DNA of 64,000 nt from Sphyrna mokarran (taxonomy: Eukaryota), in the NCBI GenBank assembly GCA_024679065.1, contig JAGIQG010000004.1, positions 35,278,001 to 35,342,000 on the forward strand, in the 5' to 3' direction. Position 1 is the first letter of the stretch. Each line of letters starts with the position of its first letter. The notes below the pieces were generated by a model that saw nothing but the letters and a program-made list of their open reading frames with translations, searched no databases and was not told the origin of the DNA. The position numbers and the translations under genes were made by a program. Positions 1 through 13,756 of this stretch are shown one piece after another.

Positions 1-3000
1 TGAAATAACTTCTACCACACTCCTTCATTTACAAAATGTATATTCTTCAAATCGTCACCATAAATTAACCCTATATTTACATTTAACCGTAATATACATT
101 GGTTGATGGTAGTTATACTTCAATTAAACATAATCTCCTCTTTACAGACTGAAGGACTTTCATTAGACAACTGTGAGTAATGCTGCTTTATTTCATATCT
201 TTAAAAGTAACATTAAAAACGTAACCTTACCGGTAGTACTTCTGTAGGATGCTCTGTTCCCCCTGCAGCTGGTATTTTTGTTTGAAAGTTTTGAACAATT
301 TTACTAGTGTACTGCAGACCTAATTAATTATTTCATTACTAACAGAGGCCTAAATCCCGCCCCAGTGCACAATGGAAATGATGTGAGGCCTGTAATCGGA
401 TCTTCAACAAGAGTTTCCCATTTTATCAAAACAAGGCGACACATGTACACAATTACTAACCAAAAAAAACAAAGAGCCAGAAATCTGCACTTTAGGCTGT
501 ACAATTTTTAAAAACATACTTGCTGAAATCCTACTGTTCTGAGGAATCTTACTATATATAAAACTCAGTGGTTCTCTTTGTAACAAATAATTAAAACCTA
601 TCTGTGCACATTTAATTTAATCTATACTGAAGCTGCAGATTTAGACTGCAACCAATTTTAATAGAAGGGACAGTAAGGCTAAACAATGTCATCAATTTAA
701 GGAACAAGATGAAAAATAATCCAAGTAGATAAAATATTAAAACTCACGATGAAATTGGCGAAGGAAGCTGCTGAGTTTTGTTCTGGTCTTGGATCTTTCT
801 ATTTTCCTATATTCATATATAACATTCCACAATATGGAACGTGCTTTTCATTGAAAACCCATTGTAAGTATCTGTTATTCCAGTAGGTGATGCTATGATT
901 GGTATTTTCAATGTTAAAGGTGTCACACTGTGTGACACACAATAGCCTCCTTTTTTATCATATGCATACCGTATTCTTATAGCACAAACTGTGCACTGAG
1001 ATTCCTAAATTGCTCAAAATGCTTCCTGATTTTTTCTCCCTCATTCATCTTTGTCCTCTTCAGTAACTGAAATTTCTATCATCCAAAACAGCGCAATAAA
1101 CAAAGTAAAATATTCAAGCAAAAGATAGTCCAAAATATTGTGATTAAATTTATCCAATGAATTGCCTTTTCAGTCTTGTAAGCCTTCGGTAAAGTTCTCA
1201 GAATCTTCCAAAAACTGGCCTCGAATTTAAAATTTTGCATACCTATGTAATTATACACACTATTGGATAGATGCCAGTACCGTAGCATTGACCAATTCTG
1301 CTACGCGGGTCTTCAGACTTCAGCCACAATGTGCCCATTGTCCTTTGACTGACTCCAAATTCAAATAAGTAGATTTTAAAAATTAACCTTGCTGCAGCAA
1401 TGCTTTAAGGCCATATATAGTTAGACTAAATACACGTCAGATTTTCTGGAGTGCAATTAGTACCCGTTGCCTCAGGCCAAACCAATCTTGCAGTGGGTGA
1501 CTACACACCCTTACACACCAATTTTTGTTTTTTTTCAACATGGCACAGAGCACATTTCTGGCTCATTACATCAAGCATGAGCTTCACATAGGAGCTGGTT
1601 AATGTCCATTGCATGGTCAGATTTCTAGGTCAATGTCTTGTATAAATTCTACCTCTAGTAGAAGCTTTTCTATATCTTTAAGTAGCCAATTTTTATCTTC
1701 CCTTAAAACTGACATGAAATTTAATAATCATCTTTACTCATGTACAGAGTTTAATGTTCCATGAAAGCATTTGTGAAATCAGATTCAAATCTGATTCAGA
1801 CCATGAATACTACAGTCTTACAGGCACCTTTCAAAAATGATTTTATTTTTCAGGGCTTTCAACATTATCGAAGGTAGACTTGAAGACCTTCTTTACAGAA
1901 AGAATAACTCAGCAGCCAAGCTCTAAAGCTTCTGGTTCAACATTATTCGTGACCACTTGTATCTCAGTAGTGAAATAGAAGTTCACTCCATCTGTACCTA
2001 GAATGATTTACACTATTTCTTTACTTCAATACTAATTCACTTTGTTAAAGCAGGAACATCAAACAAAACAGAATACATTTATTCCTATATTTATTTTAAT
2101 TTCTGCACATGTACATCCAATATTATTTCAATGTTTAAACATTACTATGACAGGCAAAGGGAATCTTGGTAAATACAGCAAACATTCACAATTTGAGGCT
2201 TCCATATTTTGTTTTTACTTTGTGAATAAAAGAAAAAAAATCCATCACTTTTTTCTTCTGATAACGACCAGAAAAACAATTTGTTGAGCTATTCTGCATT
2301 TCATTAACTTTTCAACTCATTGGAGCCTCTTTTCCCTTGGTCTCACTGGAATTTTTGGCAGGATTTACGTAAAGCCAACTTGTGGTCCATCAGAAGGCAC
2401 CACAAGTATTACCCATTACCAGCCTATTACTGGGAAGGCCTTTCTGCAGCTGGTGCAGATTTTGCAGCTACAGCTTGCCATATATTGGGAAATTTTAAAT
2501 AAATGCCTGCTGGAATTCAATAGTAGGTGAAACATTTCCCATGATGGCTAACAGCAAACTACTGTTACTGCTATCATAAGAGAGAGGGAGGCAGACAGAC
2601 CATGTATGGAACTACCTAGAAGAAACAGTCATGTGGTGTGAAAGGTGTAGTCTCTTAAGAGAATGTACCCCTAGTGATTTCCCTACAGGATCACCTACTG
2701 AGGTGATAAATAAAGAATTTTAGGAATAACAGCTGCTGTTATTATTAAATAGATAGCTCTGCCAGAGACCCACCACTGCAAGTAGTGTCAGCCAATGTAA
2801 TCATAACTGGTCTAAAGACTAATGCATCATTTCTCCACAAACTATCACTGGTAACAGCAACAGAAGGAAACCTACCAGTCTCCAACCAATTCATCTCTTT
2901 AATGGGTTTGCTTATTCTCCAATTCTCGACTCTTTTTTAAACCATTACTGCCTATGGACTTTCTCCCTTTTTCTTGGCTTTCCCTGAACAGTCATCTGAC

Positions 3001-6000
3001 AAAAATAAACTGTCAGAGAGCAGCATCCTGTAATTTCATTGCATAAACTTCTGCTCCAGAGTTTGCAGATCTTGGATTCTTCAAAGTTGCGTTGAGCTTT
3101 AATCGTGTATATGAAAATGTAAATGATGAGTTAGGAAAAAAATCACTACTGAATTCAATACAAATTTAGCTGTCACACTGCTACACCGACAATTTTAATA
3201 ATTCAACAGCAATGTTCCTATAACATCAGTGTAAACCAATACTGTATTTATCTGATGAAGCGTTTCCTTTCATTCATTCACTAACTGTTGCTTTACAATT
3301 TTGTTAAAGCTCTGGTTAATAATTACGCAGTGTCAATCATAGCACTGTTCACAGATAAAAAATAATTTAAAATTTACTTACGTTCCATAGACAACTAAAG
3401 TTACACACATTTCATTTCATTGCTGACAGATAATTAGATTTTATTTCACTTAAGTGAATATGTTGAATAAGCACTGGACAGCAAAAGTAATTTCTTTTAA
3501 TATAGTTCACGCTCCAGCAACATACACAGTAAAAGAAAATCCATTCCAATCTTTTCCAAGTATATAATCTGAAAATAAGAGCTCATTTTCTGTTAAAAAA
3601 TCAGGTTAATTTCCTTCAAACTTATCAAAATTGCTCCTTTAGAATGCATAATGTTTTAATTTTCATTAGATTGTTACTAACTACTGATTATTATTGGTGA
3701 AAAAATAATTCAATGTGCATGAATTAGCAGACTCTATTAACACCCAACATTTTTCACTTTGCTATGTCCAAACAACTGAGCTAGTTAGCAAGACACCACA
3801 GTAGGAGGTAGAACTACATGCATGGTAAGTGGACAAAGCAAAATTGAATTTACAATTTCCATTTGCCTTCATGGCAATTCAATGACATATAGGAAATCCG
3901 AAAGGAATCATCGTACTGATTTAAGATTCATTATGCATCTAATATTTCTGTTTCCAGGTTAATACTGGTTGAAGCAGATATTGTTTTATTTTATTCCAAA
4001 TTGTACAGATAAAATGCGTAAGAATTTTTGAACAAGTAATGCCTGAGGTAAAAGTAATTAATGGCCACACACTGGAAGACTAACTACAATGTTCCAAGGG
4101 GGAAAAACAATTGACAGGGGGCTTTGTTTATAAAGCAACTGTCAGACCTTAGCCTCCAGCTGTTTTCTAATGAAACCCCAAGCTATATGGGTATATACAA
4201 AAACCCATTGCCTCAAGTTTCATTGGAATGAGTTCCAGCACTTCACCTCCACACACAATGCAGGTCAGAAATGGAATCTATGGCAAGTTCTGTAGGGATG
4301 AGCCAGACTTTATGTTCATAAGAACTTTAACTTTAAACCCTCTTAAATTTCTCTTGTTTCACTGTTTAGTCAATTCATGGCACAGTCTGTTACTTCATCA
4401 GCTACTGCCCCCAACGCCCTCACAACAGCTGTGGGCTTAATTATCAAAATAGCAGTTTAATAGTCTCATAACTGAACTCACTTCACAACACACTAATGGA
4501 GATGCTACACAGATTTCTTTTACACCTTTCCCCAGATTTACTAATAAGGTATGCATAAGTAGAGCTATCTCTATCATTACCATTTACTAATAAAAGCATC
4601 TTCCTCCCACCACCATTAATTCCTTGTATATAGCTTTTATTCACAAGACTCTTTCACATGCATGTACACTTAAATGGTCAAGGTTCCTACGCACAAAATC
4701 TCAGTGGGTACTGCATTATCGGAGTATCATTAGATAGTCTAATGCATTTGTTTTATTATTAGTTAAGACACTGTAAGTAATTCTTAGAGAGCCAGATTTT
4801 CTTTCTCTCAAAAATCATTTATGCCTTCTAATTTTAATACAAATTCTAATTTTAATACAAAATTTAGTACAAAATTTTAATACAAGATTTATGGGGAAAT
4901 AGTCCAAAAGTAGATGAAACTGTTTTCACACCACATAATATGAAATATTGTTTTAGGATGCTCCATTTTGCACCTCAATCTAAAAAATATGATTCATAAT
5001 TAACAGAAAATATTTCCATGTTTAAAATAATAATGACAGTGAGTTTTGAGTTTAAGAACCCCTAACAGATCGTGGAAACTCCTTTAAGAATTTAAAAATA
5101 TATATTTTATTTCCAATACTTTCAGCAGTGAGATAGAAGGATTAATTTTACCAATGCAACTGTACATAGAAAATAACAGGATACATTTGTTTCAGAAGGA
5201 CAACTGCATTAAATCACATATGCACAATAGTCCTGTTCCACTATTAAAGAAATAGTATATGATCATGTCCTCAGAATGTCCCCAAGCAATATACATCCAA
5301 TGGATTCCCTTTTGTAATGTGTAGATAAGTATGGCAGACAATTTGTGTATGGCAGGGCACTCAGCAAATGAGTAAACAACTAAATAAATCTGTTCTTATT
5401 GTGTTGGTTTAGGGAGGAATTTTGGGACAGGAAACAATAATGCAGTGGTTATGGTATCAGTTTGGCAACCCAGAGGTCATGAATTCACAGCATTGTTATG
5501 AATAGCCTGACAAGCTTCTGTTGCACTCTCGTAAATAAGTTGCAATTGCTATCAATATAGAAACTTTGCACCGTTCCCATCTATTGTACAATTACTTTGC
5601 TGTAGGTTTTGAAAAGGGAAGATTTTCTACAACTGTACTTGCCATATCAATAATTTGCACGTTAAAATAGGAGATACAAAGTTGTAATATTACAATTTTT
5701 CTATGTAATGGTGATTCAGTCCATGAGTCTCAATAAATTGCTTTTGCTGTTCATGGCCATTTACATCCATATTTACACAAATAATTTTGGAATTATTCAA
5801 TGGAATTTCATATTTAAGAATGTATTGTATTTTGAACTATATCTGACACTTCAATGACTCACCATCATCACCTTGGTTAGATTAAGCAGGTAACCATTCA
5901 ATTATTATTTAGATCATGTAATTTACGGATAAAATGCTGCAAAGGAACATTGTTTCCTTAGGTAATGTATGAGAAATAAAACTAATTAAGCCATGTGTGC

Positions 6001-6260
6001 ATGTCAACACAGGAACAAATTAATTATTAGGATTTTTGCAAGTTGGATTAACTGATTATTACAATTAGAGGCTTAGGGTTGGGGGCTAGCGAATGCATGC
6101 ACAGAAGAACCCAGCAGACATCTTCACATTTCTGAATACAAACTTCCTTCAAAAAAGCGTTTGTCATTGCAAATGTTACATCCATGTTCAAGAAAGGAAC
6201 AGAAGAATAAACCTAACAACTGTAGATCAGTCAGCCTCATAGGAAATGTTTTGAGACAAA

Positions 6261-6396
6261 GGCCCAAATTCTCCAGCCTCGCCCATGGCTTTGATTCTCC
6301 AGTTTTGCTGTAGTGAATGGAGTTTTGGCTGAGCACCAAATTCTTCTTTTTTGCTGGCAGTAACGGTAGGGCATACAACATCAGAGAATTATGGCC
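6261..6396. mobile_element. MITE (Harbinger-like, GGCC..AATT termini)
   Basis: Imperfect TIRs ggcccaaattctc / gagaattatggcc; interrupts the CR1 remnant. Confidence 0.55.
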
Positions 6397-6565
6397 AACA
6401 ACAAAATTGATTGACAATTGGAAAAATTGACAATGGGTCAATAACTGAAAGTCAGCAAGGATTTGCTGACTGATGAAGTAAATTACCTTTCGCTAACTTG
6501 GTTGAATTTCTTGATAAAGTAATAAAGTAAAAAGGTTAGTGGGGTTGATGCTGTGAATAAAAACG

Positions 6566-6738
6566 TAAAGGCAAAGTCACCATAGTCCCAGATTTAACCT
6601 GAGGATCACCACACCTCAAGTGAGGATCAAAGTTGAGAAGGCGCGCCTTCATGAATAACAGCTGGTATGGAAATTTAACTCACACTATTGGTATTGCTCC
6701 ATATCACAAACCAGTCATGTAGTCAACTGAGATAATCT
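6566..6738 (-). mobile_element. tRNA-headed SINE, partial
   Basis: Shares 'aaagtcaccatagtcc..tttaacc..cacacctca..ttgagaag..tcaactgag' with the copy at 63262-63750 and is the inverse of 6915-7032. Confidence 0.65.
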
Positions 6739-6788
6739 GAAAATGTGGACTTTAAAAAGGTTTTGACAAGGAACCATGTATTAGACCT

Positions 6789-7536
6789 TGCAATGACTGC
6801 TGGACCTTATCAGATGGTTATGTTTTAACAATAACAATCAATTGTTATTGAATCTTGAAGACTCATCAGAAGCAGTCAGCCAAGGAGAGACCTGAGAAGG
6901 CCACTTGGAGAAGATAGATTATCTCAGTTGACCGGATGACTGGTTTGTGATGCAGAGCAACACCAACAGCGTAAGTTCAATTCCCATACCAGCTGAGGTT
7001 ATTCATGAAGGCCCGCCTTCTCAACCTTGATGTGGAGAAGACCATCCACAACAGTTGCTACATCAATCAGAGATGGACAAGGAGGTTATTCTCCAAGCAG
7101 ACAGCTGGTGAAGTCAGATTCCCTGTTCCACGAAACAAGGACTGGCGAGAGTTAAAACCCAAAGAATCGCTGAAGACTACCTTGCTATTGGAAATCCATT
7201 CAACCATACTCAGACGTTGAGAAAAGGTGATTATGCTTCAAAAAAAACTAAGATTTCCTCCTGGTGAATTGGGGAAGACATCCTATTACAGCCATAAGAC
7301 AATAATTCTGCAGAGACTGTGACATAAAGTGACACAAATGTGGGGGTGGGGTATTAAGTAGCTAATAAGAATTTTTTTTCTGGGTTTAGTATATTAGTTG
7401 CCTATTATATAACACTCAGTCAATATTAATTTTAGTGTTTGTTACAGTAAAAGTCTGAAAACATGAAATCTTGCCCTTTGATTTCATTCAGAAATTCATA
7501 TTTCTTCTTAAAAGTTATTGGTCAGAGATTGTAACA
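6789..7536. mobile_element. Solo LTR inserted in CR1
   Basis: Starts TG (tgcaatg) and ends gtaaCA; flanked by 4-bp ACCT/ACTT; the CR1 reading (RL..IHKIKA) resumes on the other side. Confidence 0.55.
6915..7032 (+). mobile_element. 5' part of tRNA-headed SINE inside the LTR
   Basis: A/B-box-like 'ctcagttg..gttcaattccc'; flanked by 9-bp direct repeat tggagaaga (6906-6914 / 7033-7041). Confidence 0.65.
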
Positions 7537-8374
7537 ACTTATTCATAAAATTAAAGCCTGTTTGTTCCAGAAGTATGAAGTGATACACTTTGATAGGAAG
7601 ACTGAGGAAAGGCAATATAAAATAAAAGATGCAATTTAAAAAAGGATGCAAGAGCAAAGGGGCCTACGGATATTTGTGCACAAGTTGTTGAAGGTGGCAG
7701 GACAGGATGAGAAAGCAGTTAATAAGGCAAATAGAGTCATCAGTTTTTTTTTAATAGAGGCATAGAGTACAAAAACGAGGATGTTAAAATGAAATTTTAT
7801 AATAGACCTTAACTGGAGTGGTGTCTAAAACTGACACAACATTGCAGAAAGGATGCAAAGGCATTAGAGGAGTGAAGAAAAACTTTTGAGAATGGTTTGA
7901 GATGAGGATAGATTGCAAAGTGAGGCTGTCTTAAGGCTGACAGGAAATTTAATCGAAATGTTCAAAATTATGAAGGGTCTGGACAGAGTATAGTGAATCG
8001 TTCCTCCTGGAGGGAGGAAGGTTGAAAACTAGAAGACATTGATTTAAGATGATTGATAGAAGAAGCAAAGACAATAGGAATGAAAACATTTTTTAAATGT
8101 TTGGAGAGTTATGATCTGGAATGTCACTGAAGGCAGAGTCTGCTCCTTCCAGTAGTGCAATATACTTATAGTAGATGGATTGCAGTGATTCAAGAATGCA
8201 GCTCACCACAACCTTCTCTAGGCCAACAGGGAATTTGATCATTATTTGAAGGGCTATGGAGAAAAGCAAAGGAGTAGGAATAGCTGAGAAGCTCGTACAG
8301 AGAACTGTATTCAACATGATGGGCCAAATGGCCTTATCAAGGAACTTTTGTGTTGTAACCATTCCGTGATTCAG

Positions 8375-9600
8375 AGTTAGTGCAGATAAAAAATTGGTCC
8401 AGAGAAGGAAAACAGATAGCAGTGAACGGTTGTTCTTCAGGCTGAAAACAAGAATTCAGTGATGTTTCCCAGGAATAAGAACTAGAATCATGGCTTTTTT
8501 TTATATACAGTAATGGTCTGGTCTTGGTTAGAAAAAGCAAAATGTCAAAGTTTGTAGATGACACAAAATTCAAAAATGTATTAATCAATGAGGATGTAGA
8601 TAGGGTGGCAAAATGGGAGAATATTTACAAGGAAAATAGCAAATGAAATCTAACAGCAAAGTTGTCACATTTTAGTAGAATGAGTGGCAATGAAAACAAA
8701 GTGGTAACATTTTCAAGAGTTTGCTGCACAGAGAACTTGGTGTATGTTTTCACAAAGAGTTCAGAAGACTGTTGAAATGCTTTAGAAGATCTTGGCTTTA
8801 TTGACAGAGCATGAAATAAAACAGCAAAGAAGTTTTTTTTTAATTAAACACTGGTCAAGCCTTAACTGGAGCATTGTGTTCAATTTTAGGAAAGATATCA
8901 GTATATTAACACAGATCAGCAAGTACATGAGAACACCTGAAAGATCCCCTTTAAGTCGAGCACCATCCTAATTTTGAACGATATCGATATTCCTTGCATT
9001 GGATCAAAATCCTGGAACTCCCATCCCAACAGTACATGTGTTACAGCAGATGGTGTGCAATGGTTCAAGGTGACTCACTACCTATTTCTCAAGAGCAATT
9101 AGGGATGGGCAATAAATGCTGATCTTGCCAGCGATACACATATTTCCAGAATGAATTAAAAAAAAGAATGCTATCAAGAACGACGGACTTCCATGAGACC
9201 AGAGAAGCTGAGTTTTTCCTTTAGGGTACAAAAGGTTAGGAACAGGTATGATAAAGTCCAAAATCATAAATGGTTTTGATAGAGTAAAATAACGAGAAAC
9301 TATTTCCAGGCAGAGAAAGATCAGTGACTGAGGAACATCGATTTAACAAAGCTAAATCTGAAGCGAGGAAAAACATCTTCACGGTGAGATGTTGAGTTCT
9401 TGAATGCATTGAGTGAAAGGATAGTAGAAGCAGATTCAATCATAAATTTCGAAACGGTACTGGACAACAGTTGAAGGTAAAGAATTTACAAAGCTACAGA
9501 GCCAGGGATTAGGACTGATTTGATAGCCCTTTCAAAGAACTGGTATAGGTAGAATTGGCCGAATGACCTTCTTCTGTGGTACATTTTTCTATGATTCTAA
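8375..9600 (+). mobile_element. Second decayed CR1 LINE 3' fragment
   Basis: tcaaagtttgtagatgacacaaaa = SKFVDDTK (RT FADD motif region); ends in a 'ttctatgattcta' CR1 tail. Confidence 0.75.
8930..9166 (+). mobile_element. 3' end of a different LINE inserted in the CR1
   Basis: Tail 'aaaatcctggaactcc..gcaattagggatgggcaataaatgctg..gccagc..atgaattaaaaaa' shared with 31960-32150 and 45505-46262. Confidence 0.6.
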
Positions 9601-10224
9601 ATTTACACTATGGATTTTAAACTTTCTCCACCTGGTAGAAACAGACAGAAGTCCCAATGAAGTGGCATTACTGATATCTCCCCAGGACGATTTTAACATT
9701 GGCCAGTTCAGGTATCAGGCGTGACTCATTTATGTATATTAATTGGGTCCTATTTCTCAGAAAGGATCATGAGACAATTTCAATCACCTACTAAATATTG
9801 AGGTACAAAATCTAAAATTTGTACACTGAATAGATAAAAGATATCATTCATCTCTGTCTTTGTTGCTCTAATCTAACAACAACTCACTTGTTGACCAGAA
9901 TAATTAAGATTCTTGATATAATTAACATGAATTTTTCAGAGTAACTACATTTTATCACCACTCTGAAAATCTATATTGTAATTAAACAACATGGATGCTA
10001 ACATTACTAACTGCCATTGAAAAGAAAATATGGTGAAGTAGTGCATTTTTTCAAAATATACTCTTCCAAACTAATCAACATTGTATTTTAACTCATTAGA
10101 CTCTCAAACAGACAGCTATAAACGAGTATTTATACTTCCATTTTTGTTCACATTTCATTGGAATGACATGATTTTAAATCACTATTTGTCCCATCCTGTA
10201 ATCCTATACTATATGGGATAAACA

Positions 10225-10610
10225 GGGGAGATAATGGCATTATGGTAACGTCATGGACTAGGAATCCAGAGGCCTAGGCTAATGCTCCAGGGTTCAAATT
10301 TCACCCTAGCAGCTGGTGGAATTTAATTCAATTAATAAATCTAGAATATAAAGATGGTCTCAGTAATGGTGACCATGACAACTATCACTGATTGTTGTAA
10401 AAAATCATCTGGTTCACTAATGTCCTTCAGAGAAGGAAAGATGCCATCCTTACCCGGACTGTGACATGCGACTCCATATATACAACAAATGTGACTGACT
10501 CTTAAATAGCCTCTGAAATGGCCTAGCAAGCAACTCAGCTCAATGGCAATTAGAGATGGGCAACAACTGCCAGTCTTGTCAGTGGAACCACAGTCCCATG
10601 AAAAAATAAA
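10225..10610 (+). mobile_element. tRNA-derived SINE with LINE-shared tail
   Basis: Head 'tggcattatggtaa..ggttcaaatt'; body matches 46935-47272; tail 'gcaattagagatgggcaa..gccag..cccatgaaaaaa'. Confidence 0.7.
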
Positions 10611-11023
10611 ATCTGAAAATAGAAATAAGCAATCATTTTATTCGATTGTTTATTTTATTCCACCACAAATTCAGAGTGTTAACTGCTACAGCAATAAAGG
10701 GAGAATAAGTATGGGCTTAAGTGTAGCAGTATGTACTGAGGTTAAGAAAGCACACAGAGGTAACTTATTATTAGCGTAAGCTGTAAGGGTGATACAACAG
10801 GCTATAGCAATTAATACTTACATTGCAAATTTGCAACCCAAGATATAGGATTAAAATACTGCAAACGAATGCAATAATCAGAAGTGTCAGGTTTTATGGG
10901 AGGTTACTGCTAACGTGACACCACTACCAGGAAGAAAAGTCAGTTCTGAAACAATGGGTTTTAATGAAGACTGTCTCACGGCCACTACAAAACGTACTGC
11001 CATTCTGGCAGTCCCAGCAGTCA

Positions 11024-11118
11024 TGATATGGAGATGCTGGCGTTGGACTCGGGTAAACACAGTAAGAAGTCTGACAACACCAGGTTTAAATCCAATCGAT
11101 TTATTTGAAGTAAACTCA
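11024..11118 (-). mobile_element. Penelope-derived short insertion (family A), tail plus partial pLTR
   Basis: gatatggagatgctggcgttggactcgggtaaacacagtaagaagtctgacaacaccagg; 15-bp TSD cagtcccagcagtca (11009-11023 / 11119-11133). Confidence 0.75.
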
Positions 11119-11805
11119 CAGTCCCAGCAGTCACAGAGCTGAAGAGTGGAGACTTCTGCGATGGCAAGAACTCCCCATGAAGAAGAGGTCATTGGTTGTG
11201 ATTTTCCCGGTCCCGTCGAGGCAGGATACGTGGCAGCTGAACCAGAAATCCCACTTTCAGTGGGACTGAACAATCCTGGCAACAGATGGGACTGAACAAT
11301 CCTACCCATAATCTCTTGACTCAGGGAAGTCAGAAGTTTTAGATGGGGAGGTTTAGGGAGTCTATGGGTGGATGCGAGCCGGGTGGAGGGGGGAGCATGT
11401 TAGACCAGGCAGCAAGGTCAAAATGCCAGAGGCTGTATATCCTACAGGGTGCTCCAGATATGACACAGCAGCCTCCAAAGGAACTAATCCTTTTCCTTCT
11501 GTCTTCCACCAACCAATATATTAGGGTGGCAGAGGCTGATTGAGGGCCTTAAGTAGACAATAATGACCACTTAATGCCTCAGGGCTAGGGTGCAGGCAGA
11601 CTATTGGGTACATTATCCTCTTCCCCATATTAAGGGGATCAGGGTACAGGTGGGCAGCATAGCAGCAGTCTTGCCACACAGCATATTTTCATTTGCTGAA
11701 AGCACACCTGTGGGGACTGTATTATCCAGCCTAAGGATATTGAAACACATAATATGACAAAAATATATGGCATGCAGTTTTGAAGCAAACTGCAACATAA
11801 TATAA

Positions 11806-11985
11806 AAGCAAATTATTGCAGATGCTGTAATCTGAAACAAAAATAAAAAACGCTGGAAAACCTCAGCAGGTCCAACAGCAGCTGTGGAGAGAGAATAGAG
11901 CTCTGAAGAAGGGTCACCTAGACTTGAAGCATTAGCTCTATTCCCTCACCACAGATACTGTCAGACTTTCAGCATTTTCTGTTTT
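11806..11985. mobile_element. Penelope-derived fold-back insertion (family B) with degenerate hammerhead motif
   Basis: Inverted arms (tgtggagagagaatagagct / agctctattccctcaccaca) around CTGAAGA-agggtc..gactt-GAAG; 10-bp TSD cataatataa (11796-11805 / 11986-11995). Confidence 0.7.
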
Positions 11986-13756
11986 CATAATATAACATTA
12001 TTGGAATGTGATTTTTCAGTGTGGTAATGCAATGTAGGGTAGTTACTAATTCTTAAAACTAATTCTGCAATGTTAGGTTCTTGGGGTGAAATTACTTTTC
12101 ATTTGAAGTGTGAAATGGGAGACAGCAACTCGATAGCCCATTTTACACTTCCCTAAATTTTCTTGTCTACTCCAGGTGAAGAAAATTGGACACTTTCAAA
12201 TTTGGACTACCACTTTGTCATCTCACATGTCGTGCTTTTACCAAAGGCCAATTTTATCTCGCTTGTTTTCAAGGATAGATGAACGTAAAGTATGCTGTAA
12301 AAATACTACAAAAGAAAACAATACCTTTCAATACAACATAAAAGATTTTAGATATTCAGGATTATACAGGAAAAAAATTACAAAGAAGATGCCATATCTA
12401 GCAAATTATCCATCAGAAATTTAAAGTTGGGTGCAGAAATTCATTTAAAAAACTCATTAGTTCCAAAATAGAGGCTGAAATTTAGATTGAAACATGATAT
12501 TATTAACTTGCCATCCTGTTAAGGCCATACGTTAGATTAAAGATTACATGTTTCTAAGGAACCTAAGTTCTTTATACACATATTTGTTTGTTCCTCTTTT
12601 CAAAAACAAAAGACTCAATTCTCAAACCTTGCAATTTTAGCTTTGAATACACAGTCAAGTTCTCGTTGTGTGACTCTGGAGCATTAATGCCTGCTGAATG
12701 ATGCAGTGTGGAGGACAATGGGGTGCAGGGTCATTTTAGCTCACTGGAAGTGAAAGGAGAAATTGTTCACATTTAAAATGGCCTGCTCTTCAGCAAAGTG
12801 AACGCTACCAAATTTAACTTGGGTGGAGAAGTGCAGGAGAAAAGAATCCATACACATCAAATTTGTACCTTGCTCTTATGAGCAGTAAACTGTAACTTAA
12901 TCACTACACGAAACGGCAATAATAAAACTTAAAAAAACCTAACAGTGACAAAAGGAAATCAAATAAAAAGGTGATTTAGTAGAATAGTCTAAGCACAGGA
13001 GAAGGTTATTTTGGCCCATTGTGTCCATGCCAGTTCTTTGTAAAAGCAACTCACCTAGTCCCACTCCCTTGACTCTGCGTATAGCCCTTTGATCTTATTT
13101 TATTCAAGTGACATTAAATTGCTACACAACTCCAACACTTCTGACTATATTTATTAAAACAGTGGTATGTGAAGGTAAATCATGGTCAATTAGTCAGGAA
13201 TACAATAGTCACAACTTGTTTGGAGAACTTAGTGATGGGTCAGGGAGATTGGACAAAAATGGGCAACAAATTCCTTTGCCACGGTACACAGAAAGCAGAG
13301 CTGCAAACTTAAGAAATAGTGCATAAGCAACTTTTTTTTCACTACCATCCATCCCTTTGTTGAGATTATGGTTCATTGTCTGCTTTGTTGTGCAGACAGC
13401 AAAGGTCCTATAATATTCCAACAGTTAAGCACTTCATGTAGAAGAAAATATTTTTAAAACCTTTATAGTGCTGCAACCTTTGATTTTTTTGCTCTCAAAA
13501 GCTTATATTTTAGAAAAAGGAAAAGAATAAAATCTCACAGTTGATTCTCACCAGTCAAGATTAATTTGTGTTCTCAGGCTAATTTTTAACAAATTCTAAA
13601 TTGATAAAGTTGCATTTTATTTGTGACTACTTGTAACATATGCAGCTGGCTTCACTAACAATACTGATTTATTTGCAAACATATTATGGTCCAGACAGTC
13701 TATCCATTGCGCTCGGTGACACTCAGCTCCAAGATGTAAAGGAGAGGAACACCTTA

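Larger units (their letters stand above)
6130..8370 (+). mobile_element. Decayed CR1-clade LINE (ORF2 RT to 3' end), interrupted by nested insertions
   Basis: Remnants resembling PLFKKG..PGNYRPVSL (~6180-6240) and DFxKAFDKV (~6748-6772); CR1-type 3' ORF2 and an 'attccgtgattc' tail near 8360-8372; many stops and frameshifts. Confidence 0.75.

Noticed and set aside
2876-2995. Minus-strand exon-like segment
   Set aside because: Stops in all three frames and only moderate splice sites; no further support.
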